A DNA stretch of 64,000 bases, from the NCBI GenBank assembly GCA_963773635.1, contig CAVZBW010000007.1, forward strand, positions 964 to 64,963, written 5' to 3'. This document shows, piece by piece, positions 9,201 to 17,297 of this stretch (positions are counted from its first letter, which is position 1; every line of letters starts with the position of its first letter). Source of the DNA: an uncultured Actinomycetes bacterium (lineage in GTDB: Bacteria; Actinomycetota; Acidimicrobiia; Acidimicrobiales; RAAP-2). The notes beneath the pieces were generated by a model, which was not told the origin of the DNA, did not search any database, and was given only the letters and a program-made list of their open reading frames with translations. The translations under genes and the position numbers were made by a program.

Positions 9201-10196
9201 GGTGACAACACCATCCACTACCAGGGTCACATCCGCATGCTCGGCGCCGTCCAGCCCTTCATCAGCGGCGCCGTGTCCAAGACGTGCAACGTGCCCGAGG
9301 ACGTGACCGTCGAGGACGTCGAGCAGCTGCACATCGACGCCTGGCATCTCGGCATCAAGGCGGTCGCCATCTACCGGGACAACTGCAAGGTGGCCCAGCC
9401 GTTGGCGACGACCAAATCGGAGGCTGCCACGGTGGCGAGCCTGGCCGCCGAGGGCCTCGAGGCCCAGCCCCGGATCGGGGAGCTCGAGGCGAGGGTCAGG
9501 GAGCTCGAGGCCGCCTTGGAGGAGCGGGCGCGGACGAGCCAGCCGGTCGTGGTCGGTGCGGTGCGAGAGCGCCTACCCCGTAGACGGCGGTCCAACACCT
9601 TCGCCTTCCGCGTGGCCGACTGCGAGGGCTACGTCCACGTCGGCGAGTACGAGGACGGCAGGCCCGGCGAGGTCTTCATCAAGGTCTCCAAGCAGGGCTC
9701 GACGTTGGCTGGCATCATGGACGCCTTCTCCATCTCCGTCAGCCTGGGCCTCCAGCACCAGGTGCCCCTCGCCACCTACGTGCGCAAGTACAGCAACATG
9801 CGCTTCGAGCCGGCGGGTATCACCGACGATCCGGATCTGCGGATAGCCACGAGCCTGGTCGACTACATCTTCCGCCGGCTGGCGCTCGACTACCTCAAGC
9901 CGGAGGAGCGCCAGGAGCTGGGGGTGCTCTCGACCGCAGAGCGTGCGCAACCGACGCTCCCGGGTGTCGAGGAGGTGGCGACACCCAGCCACGGCGTCGT
10001 CGAGCCCGGGTCGCCGACGCCGGTCGTCGAGTACACGATCGGCGGCGCCACCGCCGAGTCGGCGGTGGCCGGCGCGCCGTTGTCCCGTGCGGAGCAGCGC
10101 GACGCCCCGTTCTGTTACAGCTGCGGCAACGTGATGCAGCGGGCCGGATCGTGCTACGTGTGCGCCAGCTGCGGGACGACGAGCGGCTGCTCGTAG
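6264..10196 (+). CDS. nrdJ: adenosylcobalamin-dependent (class II) ribonucleotide reductase, interrupted by an intein
   Basis: 1310 aa. NSPVWFN, CFILAVDDSMDSI, NPCSEY and a C-terminal CxxC...CxxC zinc tail (CYSCGNVMQRAGSCYVCASCG). Extein length is about 953 aa once the intein is removed. Confidence 0.95.
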   Translation: MAIAPQQLGIGLRRHFTREGVHPYDEVRWERRDARITNFRDGTVAFEQLGVEVPESWSVNATNILAQKYFRGTLGTSEREWSLKQVADRVVDTLTAWGVKDGYFVDEREAAIFRDELKYLIVHQRAAFNSPVWFNIGVAGVPQQGAACQPYDALVNTPDGLVPIGRLVEENAVGRKVLDAHGVTRILATKHNGKKEVLRIHTKAGHQLDVTPDHLVWRPSDERYGAFVPASELRPGDKVTWHRSEAQGGKEFSRRSVAEAALAGWLQSDGFVGQYEGTNRSLTIEAMTVTASEREWVLAAIDRVFPEVHRHERSVETLDSSLDCRRIRLYGKELTNFVEHWGLRSRGAEMTVPEHLFTAALPEVVAYLRSLFQAEGSVTLKERGAVIAVDMVSEGIIRGAQALLTRLGIFSRVRFKADRRENRRGCWSLAIRTLADRRTFADEIGFVDERKACKLEDSLDIPGQPSRSSKRLEIERIESLGELDVYDIQTESGEYLSNSLRVHNCFILAVDDSMDSILNWYREEGVIFKGGSGAGVNLSRIRSSFEGLKGGGTASGPVSFMRGADASAGTIKSGGKTRRAAKMVILDADHPDVEDFIWCKAREERKARVLRDAGFDMDLDGLDSNSLQYQNANNSVRVTDEFMQAVVDDREWELTARTTGEVVRTLPARQLFREIAEAAWECADPGLQFDTTINRWHTAPNTGRINGSNPCSEYLHIDNSACNLASLNLLTFLDEDGAFDVDGFKAAVEVVFTGQEILVGNADYPTEPIAENSRRFRQLGLGYANLGALLMAQGLPYDSDGGRAWAGALTALLTGHAYATSARTAARMGPFAGFHENAEPMINVLRMHQAEAAKIDEELVPPELLSSAQESWDLAVELGEQYGVRNSQASVLAPTGTIGLLMDCDTTGVEPDLGLVKTKKLVGGGTMSIVNQTVPRALRRLGYGPDQVDEIVSHIDEHNSIVGAPHLRPEHLAVFACSMGDNTIHYQGHIRMLGAVQPFISGAVSKTCNVPEDVTVEDVEQLHIDAWHLGIKAVAIYRDNCKVAQPLATTKSEAATVASLAAEGLEAQPRIGELEARVRELEAALEERARTSQPVVVGAVRERLPRRRRSNTFAFRVADCEGYVHVGEYEDGRPGEVFIKVSKQGSTLAGIMDAFSISVSLGLQHQVPLATYVRKYSNMRFEPAGITDDPDLRIATSLVDYIFRRLALDYLKPEERQELGVLSTAERAQPTLPGVEEVATPSHGVVEPGSPTPVVEYTIGGATAESAVAGAPLSRAEQRDAPFCYSCGNVMQRAGSCYVCASCGTTSGCS
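6705..7775 (+). mobile_element. full-length intein with LAGLIDADG homing-endonuclease domain, inserted in nrdJ
   Basis: 357 aa. Starts at Cys (CQPYDALVNTPDG). Block B is TPDHLVW. LAGLIDADG-like blocks are LAGWLQSDGFVG and VAYLRSLFQAEGSV. Ends ...LRVHN, followed by the +1 Cys of CFILAV. Confidence 0.85.
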
Positions 10197-10303
10197 CGGC
10201 GGGTCCCATCAGCGGGTCACGCGGTCGCGACGATCGCCGGGCGGCTCCCGCGGCGGGTCGACACGACGTTCGCCCCGCCGCGCTCGACCTGGTCGAGGAG
10301 AGG

Positions 10304-10873
10304 GTGCGCGTGGCGGGCCTCGAGCTGCGCCTACTCCGGCCCCGTGACCTTGATGCCCTTATCGACGAGGAGGCCTTCGGCAAGAACGAGTTCATCCCGT
10401 ACTGGGCCGAGCTGTGGCCGTCGGGTCGGGCCCTCGCCGAGGCGCTGGCGCCAGACATCCGTGGGCGCGTGCTCGAGCTCGGCTGTGGACTGGGCGTGCC
10501 GAGCCTGGTGGCGGCGAGCCGCGGCGCGGAGGTGACGGCCGTCGACTGGTCCACGGACGCCATCGAGGTCCTTCGCCGCAACGCCGTCGCCAACGGGGTG
10601 CGGCTGCGCGCCGAGGTGGTGGATTGGGGCTCGCCGGAGTGGCTGGTCGATCGCGGGCCCTGGGATCTCGTGCTGGCGGCCGACGTCCTCTACGAGCGTC
10701 GCCATGTCGCCCCGCTGATCGACCTCCTGCCCCGCCTGGGATCCGACGTGTTGCTGGCGGACCCGGGCCGCCAGGCGCTGGAGGACTTCCTCGAGGGCGC
10801 CTCGGACCAGTGGGACATCCGAGACGTCGCACCGCAGGTGGTCCGCCTTCGAGCTCGCCGGGGCGACCGGTGA
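10304..10873 (+). CDS. class I SAM-dependent methyltransferase (Methyltransf_16 / protein-lysine MTase-like)
   Basis: VLELGCGLGVPSLVAASRGAEVTAVD is a SAM motif I plus acidic loop. PYWAELWPSG also present. Start is uncertain: the ORF opens at 10151 overlapping nrdJ, and GTGs at 10304 or 10310 are more plausible. Confidence 0.6.
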   Translation: MRVAGLELRLLRPRDLDALIDEEAFGKNEFIPYWAELWPSGRALAEALAPDIRGRVLELGCGLGVPSLVAASRGAEVTAVDWSTDAIEVLRRNAVANGVRLRAEVVDWGSPEWLVDRGPWDLVLAADVLYERRHVAPLIDLLPRLGSDVLLADPGRQALEDFLEGASDQWDIRDVAPQVVRLRARRGDR

Positions 10874-10914
10874 CGGCCACCCCAGAAGGGCGCTCCGCTA
10901 CCTTGACGATCGCG

Positions 10915-11688
10915 ATGTCCGACGAATCGACCGTGGCGCCGCCGGACCGCCCATCGTCGCCATCGCTTGCCCACCTCGAGGTCGGCGCGGGGAGGCCCCT
11001 CGTGATCTTGCAGGGCTTTGGGACTCTGCCGCGCACCTACCGTTCGACGGCCCTCCTGCTCGGGCGGCGATGCCGTGTCGTGGTTCCCGCGATCTTCGGG
11101 AACAGGGGGATGCGCTGGCGGCCCGAGTCGGTGCGCGACGATCTGCGGCGGCTCCTCGACGAGCTCGGGATCGAGCGGGCCACGTACGTCGCTCATTCCC
11201 TTGGAGGCGGCCTCCTGCTGGAGCTCGCGGCCGCCTGTCCGGAGCGGGTCGCCGACCTCGTGTTCATCGACACGCTCGGCGCGTCTCGGGAATGGACGCT
11301 CGCCGCGGAGGCGGCGCGTCATCCGCTGCGCCTCCTCTGGATGGCCACACCCCACGCGGCTCGGGACTTCGCCACTGCGGTGCTGGGCGCTCCGCTGCAC
11401 ATCGTCCAGGCCGCCTGGTGGGGGTTCGTCAGCGATCGACGCCTCGATATGCGCCGCGTGCGAGAGGCGGGGATCGACACGCACGTCCTCTGGGCGTCAC
11501 GCGACAGCCTCCTGGCGCGCGACGACGGCCGGGCCTTTGCCGAGGGCCTTGCTGCCTCGTTTACGGTCGTCCGCAGCCCATTGGGGACGCCCATCGATCA
11601 CGACTGGCTCTACCGGCACCCATGGTTGCTGGTCGACCAGGTGAACCGGTTGAAGCTCTGGGCGCTCAGGGGCGGGACTTCGGACTGA
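10915..11688 (+). CDS. alpha/beta hydrolase
   Basis: ATG at 10915 inside ORF 10414..11688. Nucleophile elbow HSLGG and the typical LVILQGFG oxyanion region. Confidence 0.7.
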   Translation: MSDESTVAPPDRPSSPSLAHLEVGAGRPLVILQGFGTLPRTYRSTALLLGRRCRVVVPAIFGNRGMRWRPESVRDDLRRLLDELGIERATYVAHSLGGGLLLELAAACPERVADLVFIDTLGASREWTLAAEAARHPLRLLWMATPHAARDFATAVLGAPLHIVQAAWWGFVSDRRLDMRRVREAGIDTHVLWASRDSLLARDDGRAFAEGLAASFTVVRSPLGTPIDHDWLYRHPWLLVDQVNRLKLWALRGGTSD

Positions 11689-12664
11689 ACGTAAATCCGG
11701 GGTCGCGCAGGATCGCCGGCGCGAGCGCCTCGTCGATCGCGGCGACCAGGTCGTCGTCGAGCACGACGTCGAGCGCCTTGATGTTCTCCTTGACCTGCTC
11801 GGGACGGGTGGCGCCGATGATGGCGGACGAGACCGCGGGGTTGCGCAGGAGCCAGGCCAGGGCGACCGACGCCGGCGTGTATCCCGCCGCCCTGGCGAGC
11901 TCGGCGAAGCGCTGGACCGGCTGCAGCACCTGATCGGTGAGGAGCCAGGAGATGAATTCCGACCCCGATCCGGCGGTGGCCCTCGAACCCTCGGGCGGCG
12001 GGCTGCCCGGTTGGTACTTGCCGGTCAGCACCCCCTGGGCTAGCGGGGAGAACACGACCTGGCCGATGCCCTCCCGCTCGCACAGCGGGAGCACCTCGGG
12101 CTCGATCACCCGCCACAGCAGCGAGTACTGGGGCTGGTTCGAGACGATGCGGTCGAAGCCCATGTCGTCGGCAATCTGCAGGGCATCGGCGATCTCCTGG
12201 GCCGTCCACTCGGAGACCCCGACGTAGTTGACCTTGCCCTGCCGGACCAGGTCGTCAAAGGCCCGCAGCGTCTCCTCGAGCGGCGTCTCGTAGTCGTAGC
12301 GGTGGGCCTGGTAGAGGTCCACGTAGTCCGTGCCGAGCCGGCGCAGCGAGGCGTGGCACGCCTCCATGATGTGCTTGCGCGACAGCCCGCGGTCGTTGGG
12401 ACCGTCGCCCACCGGCCAGTAGGTCTTGGTGAACAGCTCGATCGACTGCCGGGGGATGCCGCGCAACGCGCGACCCACGACCTCCTCGGCGGCGCCGGTC
12501 GCGTAGGCGTCGGCCGTGTCGAAGGTGGTCACGCCGCCGTCGAGCGCGGCGCGGACGCAGGCCGCCGCCGCCTCCTCCTCGATCTGGTCGCCATGGGTGA
12601 TCCAGTTGCCGTACGAGATGGCAGAGACCATCATCCCGCTGCGTCCGAGGTGCCGGTAGTCCAT
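11666..12664 (-). CDS. aldo/keto reductase (Kv-beta-like AKR)
   Basis: MDYRHLGRSGMMVSAISYGNW ... FDTADAY ... GVSEW are characteristic AKR blocks. Confidence 0.85.
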   Translation of the reverse strand: MDYRHLGRSGMMVSAISYGNWITHGDQIEEEAAAACVRAALDGGVTTFDTADAYATGAAEEVVGRALRGIPRQSIELFTKTYWPVGDGPNDRGLSRKHIMEACHASLRRLGTDYVDLYQAHRYDYETPLEETLRAFDDLVRQGKVNYVGVSEWTAQEIADALQIADDMGFDRIVSNQPQYSLLWRVIEPEVLPLCEREGIGQVVFSPLAQGVLTGKYQPGSPPPEGSRATAGSGSEFISWLLTDQVLQPVQRFAELARAAGYTPASVALAWLLRNPAVSSAIIGATRPEQVKENIKALDVVLDDDLVAAIDEALAPAILRDPGFTFSPKSRP

Positions 12665-12845
12665 GAACCGCAGAGTAGTGCCACACCACGGGTGGTGGAT
12701 GGGCCGGTGTCGGGCCGGTGTCGGGACAGTGTCGGGCCGGGTGCACCCACTTCCGACCGCCGGCTCCTACTCTGGCCCCGTGGCGACGGGTGGCTCCACG
12801 ACGGGAGGCCCCGGACCGTACGGCGGGCGCGGCAACGGTCTGCGG

Positions 12846-13238
12846 GTGACGAGAACCGTCTCCATCCCCTGGGACGAGATCAGCTGGCGGGCGACGTCTC
12901 CCGGCGGACCCGGGGGGCAGCACGCCAACCGTCGCAGCACCCGGGTGGAGGTGAGCGTCGACGTCGAGCACGCCGCGTGGCTCGGCCCGCGCCAGCGGTC
13001 GAGAGTCACCCACCAGCTGGGTCCGGTGGTGAGGGCCGTCGCCGGAGAGCACCGGTCCCAGGCGCGCAATCGGGAGCTGGCGCTCGAGAGACTGGCTCGT
13101 CGGATCGAGGGCGCCCTGCGTCCACGGGCACCGCGCGTGCCGACCGCGCCGTCGCTCGGCGCCACGGAGCGACGGCTCCGGGCGAAGCGTGAGCGTTCGG
13201 AGCGAAAGCGGAGCCGGCGACCGCCCGAGGAGGACTGA
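12846..13238 (+). CDS. arfB: alternative ribosome-rescue factor / peptidyl-tRNA hydrolase ArfB
   Basis: GGQ motif in GPGGQHANRRSTRVEV and a basic C-terminal tail (RRLRAKRERSERKRSRR). GTG at 12846 gives about 130 aa, matching ArfB size. Confidence 0.75.
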   Translation: MTRTVSIPWDEISWRATSPGGPGGQHANRRSTRVEVSVDVEHAAWLGPRQRSRVTHQLGPVVRAVAGEHRSQARNRELALERLARRIEGALRPRAPRVPTAPSLGATERRLRAKRERSERKRSRRPPEED

Positions 13239-13242
13239 CGGC

Positions 13243-14202
13243 TCAGAGGTTCGGACTGCCGTCGAGCGGACTGTCGTCGAGCGGAGTGTCGTCGAGCGGC
13301 CCTTGCAGGGGGGCGAGCTCTGGGCCGAGGAGGCGTGAGAGCAGGTCGGCCGCCTCGGGGGCGGTGTCCTCGCGTACTCCGACGATGGGGGTGAGCGAGG
13401 CAAAGCCCGCCGCCACGAGCGCCGCGTCGTCGGCCGGATCCTCGTCACGCACGTCGCCGAGCGACGGAACCGCGGCACCGAGGCGCAGCTCGAGGTACCC
13501 CTCGTGCTCCTCCTCCGGGAGGACGCCCGGCACATCCGTCCCACTCGAGGGGATGGCAGTGACCGACGGCGTGTCCCGATGCGCGGCGGAGTCCGACGAG
13601 GCGCCCTTGATGATGGCCGCACCTCCGATGCGGCCAGCTCGGATGCCGCGGAGCTGCGCCAGCGAGAGGGAGGGGACGTTCAGGTTGAGGACGGTGCCGG
13701 GAGGGGCGGCGGCGAGGGGCTGTACCAGCGGCACCGCCAGCGCGGCGGCGGTCTCCCAGGGCGGGTCGTCGCCGGATCGCAACGAGACGGCAAGGCCGTT
13801 CAGACCCCGTTGGGCCCCGGTCAGCACTGCCCCGACCGTTCCCGAGTGCAGGATGGACCGGCCGACGTTGACGCCCAGGTTGATGCCGGAGACGATGAGG
13901 TCGGGTGAGGGCCCAAAGGCGCCCAGCGTCGCCACGATGACGGCCAGCGCCGGTGATCCGTCGATGCCGAACGCCGACACGTCGGGAGCCGACTTGAGGC
14001 GGATCGCCTGGTACGGGATCTGCTCGCGCTCGTAGACGGTGCCGACCGCGGCCGAGGCGCCGCTGTAGTTGTTGAGGGGCGCCACAACCGTGACCCGGTG
14101 GCGCTCGACGCCGTCCGGCCCGGTCCATTCGGACAGGGCCCGGGCGATCGCCGCGAGCCCCGGGGCATGCACGCCGTCGTCGTTGGTCACCAGGATCCGC
14201 AC
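13243..14202 (-). CDS. surE: 5'/3'-nucleotidase SurE with a roughly 60-aa C-terminal extension
   Basis: MRILVTNDDGVHAPGL N-terminus and SGINLG block. The C-terminal tail is Pro/Asp-rich with PLDD repeats. Confidence 0.85.
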   Translation of the reverse strand: MRILVTNDDGVHAPGLAAIARALSEWTGPDGVERHRVTVVAPLNNYSGASAAVGTVYEREQIPYQAIRLKSAPDVSAFGIDGSPALAVIVATLGAFGPSPDLIVSGINLGVNVGRSILHSGTVGAVLTGAQRGLNGLAVSLRSGDDPPWETAAALAVPLVQPLAAAPPGTVLNLNVPSLSLAQLRGIRAGRIGGAAIIKGASSDSAAHRDTPSVTAIPSSGTDVPGVLPEEEHEGYLELRLGAAVPSLGDVRDEDPADDAALVAAGFASLTPIVGVREDTAPEAADLLSRLLGPELAPLQGPLDDTPLDDSPLDGSPNL

Positions 14203-14261
14203 GCGCCAGTACGATACCGGCCACCCGCCTCGCCGAGGCAGCCGGGTACCCCATCGACCTC

Positions 14262-15215
14262 ATGCCATCTGGGCCCATGCCACCAGGGACGACACCACAA
14301 ACCACCAGCCCGACGGGAGAGTCGTGGCAGATCGGGCACGGGCGGCAGACCGCCGTGATCACCGAGGTGGGCGCCACCCTGCGCTCCTACACGATCGGTG
14401 AGGAGGCGGTGATCGACGGGTTCACGGAGACCGAGTGGGCACAGGGAGGACGAGGGCAGGTGCTGGCTCCCTGGCCAAACCGGCTGGGGGACGGCCGCTA
14501 CACGTTTCGGGGCCGTTCGGCCCAGCTGCCGCTCGACGAGCCGGAGCGGGGCAACGCCATCCATGGCCTCGTGCGATGGATGCCATGGCGGCTCGAGGCC
14601 AAGGCACAGAACATGCTGGTCGTGAGCTGCATGTTGTATCCGAGGCCCGGGTACCCCTTCACCCTGTCCCTGCGCATCCAATATCACCTTGGCCGGGACG
14701 GGCTCCAGGTGACCACGACGGCCTGGAACGCCGGCTCCGACGAATTGCCCTTCGGGCTCGGCTTCCACCCCTATCTCACGGTCGGCACCTTCCGCGTCGA
14801 CGCCGCCTCGCTGCGGGTGCCGGCCACCTCGAGGCTGGTGGCCGACGATCGTGGGCTGCCCACCGGCGAGGTCCGTTCCGTGCTCGGGACGGAGTACGAC
14901 TTCACGACGGTGCGGCCCCTCGGTCCGGTCTGCCTGGATACCTGCTACACGGACCTGAGGCGAGACGACGAGGGTCGGGCCACCGTCGAGCTGCGGGATC
15001 CCGGGGGCGAGCGGTCGGTCGACCTGTGGGTGGGCGAGCAGTTCGAGCATCTCATGTGCTTCACCGGGGACACCTTGGAGGAGGACCGGCGGCGCAGGTC
15101 GCTCGCGGTCGAGCCGATGACCTGCCCACCGGACGCGTTCCGGTCACGCACCGATCTCGTCACGCTCGAGCCGGGAGGCTCGTGGATCGGCTCGTGGGGA
15201 ATCCGCCCTCGCTGA
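14262..15215 (+). CDS. aldose 1-epimerase family protein
   Basis: GRGQVLAPWPNRLGDGRYTF ... NAIHGLVRW ... GFHPY are mutarotase-fold blocks. Confidence 0.8.
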   Translation: MPSGPMPPGTTPQTTSPTGESWQIGHGRQTAVITEVGATLRSYTIGEEAVIDGFTETEWAQGGRGQVLAPWPNRLGDGRYTFRGRSAQLPLDEPERGNAIHGLVRWMPWRLEAKAQNMLVVSCMLYPRPGYPFTLSLRIQYHLGRDGLQVTTTAWNAGSDELPFGLGFHPYLTVGTFRVDAASLRVPATSRLVADDRGLPTGEVRSVLGTEYDFTTVRPLGPVCLDTCYTDLRRDDEGRATVELRDPGGERSVDLWVGEQFEHLMCFTGDTLEEDRRRRSLAVEPMTCPPDAFRSRTDLVTLEPGGSWIGSWGIRPR

Positions 15216-15247
15216 GCCCCCGGGCGTGGCCTCGGCGAACCGTGACC

Positions 15248-16201
15248 TCAGGGAACCGCGGCCCATCGGATCCCCGTGCACACCCCCCGGACGAGCGGCG
15301 TGACCACCAACCGGTCGAGCAGGGGTGGTGACGGGATGCGCAGCTCACTCCGCGCCCAGTCGGGCAGCAGGCCGACTGCGGCTGCGGCCATCAGCGCGTA
15401 GACGGCACGGTCCTCGGGGTGGCGCGCCACCCCCCGCAAGAGGAAGTCGCGGGCCTCGAGCGCCTGGGCCCCCGCGTACAGGTTCGGACGCAGGCGGGAG
15501 AAGTAGGCCTCCGCCTCCCTCTCGGTCGTGGGCACCCACTGCGCACCGAGGGCCATGGCTACTTGCGAGGTCTCGGCGAAGTAGCGATCGCGCTCTTCCT
15601 GGCTCAGCCCACGTGGCCCGTAGCGCTCCGCGGAGCGCAGGAAGGCCCAGGTCTCCGCCACGTGGACCCAGGTGAGCAGCTCCGGGTCGCCGGCCGAATA
15701 GTGGCGCCCGTCGGGCGAGGTGCCATCGATCATCGCGTGGACCAGGCGCACGTTGTCGATGGCGCGTTGCGCATCGTCGGTCGTGCCGAAGGTCGTCGCC
15801 TCGACGAAGGCCGCCGTCCTCCGGAAGCGCCCGATCGGATCCTCGCGATAGCGGGAATGGTCCGCCACCCCGGCCATCACGAGCGGGTGGAGCGTCTGGA
15901 GGAGCAGGGTGCTGATGCCGCCGATCACCATGGAGGGAAGATCGCCGTGGATCCGTCGGGTCACGCTGCCATGGGGCAGGAACGGCGTGCCGGTTCGTGG
16001 AGTCCTCCCGGCGTCGTTCCCGTTGGTGCCCTCCTGCCCGAAGGAGCGACGGATGCCGCGGTGCACGTTGTCCCGGACCGGGCTGGCGAGAGGGCTGAGG
16101 AGCGGGGTGGCCAGCGGGCGCAGCAGCCGGGCCGGGGTGAGCGCGAGCTCGGCGCCGATCGTGGCAATGCGGCCGGGCCAGCCGGCGGATGGTTGCACCA
16201 C
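15248..16201 (-). CDS. oxygenase MpaB-family (DUF2236) protein
   Basis: The C-terminal 318 aa of ORF 15248..16561 (LLQTLHPLVMAGVADHSRY ... RLVHAMI) resemble MpaB/DUF2236. GTG starts at 16201 or 16198. Confidence 0.65.
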   Translation of the reverse strand: MVQPSAGWPGRIATIGAELALTPARLLRPLATPLLSPLASPVRDNVHRGIRRSFGQEGTNGNDAGRTPRTGTPFLPHGSVTRRIHGDLPSMVIGGISTLLLQTLHPLVMAGVADHSRYREDPIGRFRRTAAFVEATTFGTTDDAQRAIDNVRLVHAMIDGTSPDGRHYSAGDPELLTWVHVAETWAFLRSAERYGPRGLSQEERDRYFAETSQVAMALGAQWVPTTEREAEAYFSRLRPNLYAGAQALEARDFLLRGVARHPEDRAVYALMAAAAVGLLPDWARSELRIPSPPLLDRLVVTPLVRGVCTGIRWAAVP

Positions 16202-16281
16202 TGCAGCATCCCATGTCGGGTGCGCGGGGCGGAGGTCGCTGGCCGGCGGTTCGGGCTCCACCGGCGTGGCAGCATGCCGAG

Positions 16282-17259
16282 GTGCGGTTCGTCGTCGTCG
16301 GCGCGGGGGCCATCGGTGGTGTGGTGGGCGCCCGGCTCCACCAGTCCGGCCACGAGGTCGTCCTGCTCGCCCGAGGTGCCCATCTCGAGGCGCTGCAGAC
16401 CAAGGGCCTGCGCCTCCGCTCGCCGGAGGAGGACCTGGTCCTCGAGGTCCCGGCGCTCCGTCGTCCGAGCGACGTTGACTGGCGGGGGGACGAGGTCGTC
16501 CTGCTCGCCACCAAGAGCCATCACAGCGCCGCGCTGCTCGACGAGCTGGCGGCCGCGGCACCCCCCAGCATCGCCCTCGTCAGCGTGCAGAACGGGGTCG
16601 ACAACGAGCGCCAGGCCCTCCGCCGGTTCGACCGGGTCTACGGCATCTGCGTGATGCTGCCCGCCCAGCATCTCGACCCTGGCGTGGTGGAGCCGGCGTC
16701 GCACCCCGTCACGGGCATCCTCGACATCGGCCGCTTCCCGAGCGGCGTGGACGACACCGCACGGGAGTGCGCCGAGGCCCTCGGCGCGTCGACGTTCGAG
16801 TCGGTGGCGCATCCGGCGATCATGCGGTGGAAGTACCGCAAGCTCCTCACCAACCTGGCCAACGCGGTGATCGCGCTCTGCCCGCCGTCCGAGGCCGCGG
16901 GGGAGCTCGTCCGCAGGGCGCAAGGGGAGGGAGAGCGGTGCCTCGAGGTCGCCGGCATCGACGTCGCGAGCAAGAGCGAGGACGCCGCACGGCGTGGCGA
17001 CCGGCTGCAGATCCGGCAGGTGGGCGACCGCCCCTGGGGCGGTGGCTCGTCCTGGCAGAGCCTCGCCCGGGGGCTCGGGTCCATCGAGGTCGACTTCCTC
17101 AACGGCGAGATCGCCCTGCTGGGACGGCTCCACGGGATCGAGACGCCGGTCAACGTGCTCCTGCAGGAGCACGCCAGGGAGGCGGCACGCCTGGGCTTGC
17201 CGCCCGGGCAGGTTTCCGCAGAGGCGCTGCTGGAGCAGCTCGAGTCGCGCGTCGGCTGA
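16282..17259 (+). CDS. 2-dehydropantoate 2-reductase (ketopantoate reductase/ApbA) family
   Basis: GTG at 16282 gives VRFVVVGAGAIGGVVGARL, a Rossmann GxGxxG motif. Length is typical for the family. Confidence 0.75.
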   Translation: MRFVVVGAGAIGGVVGARLHQSGHEVVLLARGAHLEALQTKGLRLRSPEEDLVLEVPALRRPSDVDWRGDEVVLLATKSHHSAALLDELAAAAPPSIALVSVQNGVDNERQALRRFDRVYGICVMLPAQHLDPGVVEPASHPVTGILDIGRFPSGVDDTARECAEALGASTFESVAHPAIMRWKYRKLLTNLANAVIALCPPSEAAGELVRRAQGEGERCLEVAGIDVASKSEDAARRGDRLQIRQVGDRPWGGGSSWQSLARGLGSIEVDFLNGEIALLGRLHGIETPVNVLLQEHAREAARLGLPPGQVSAEALLEQLESRVG

Positions 17260-17297
17260 CCCGCAACCCCGGCCGACCTCCGGCGGCCCGGCGGCGA

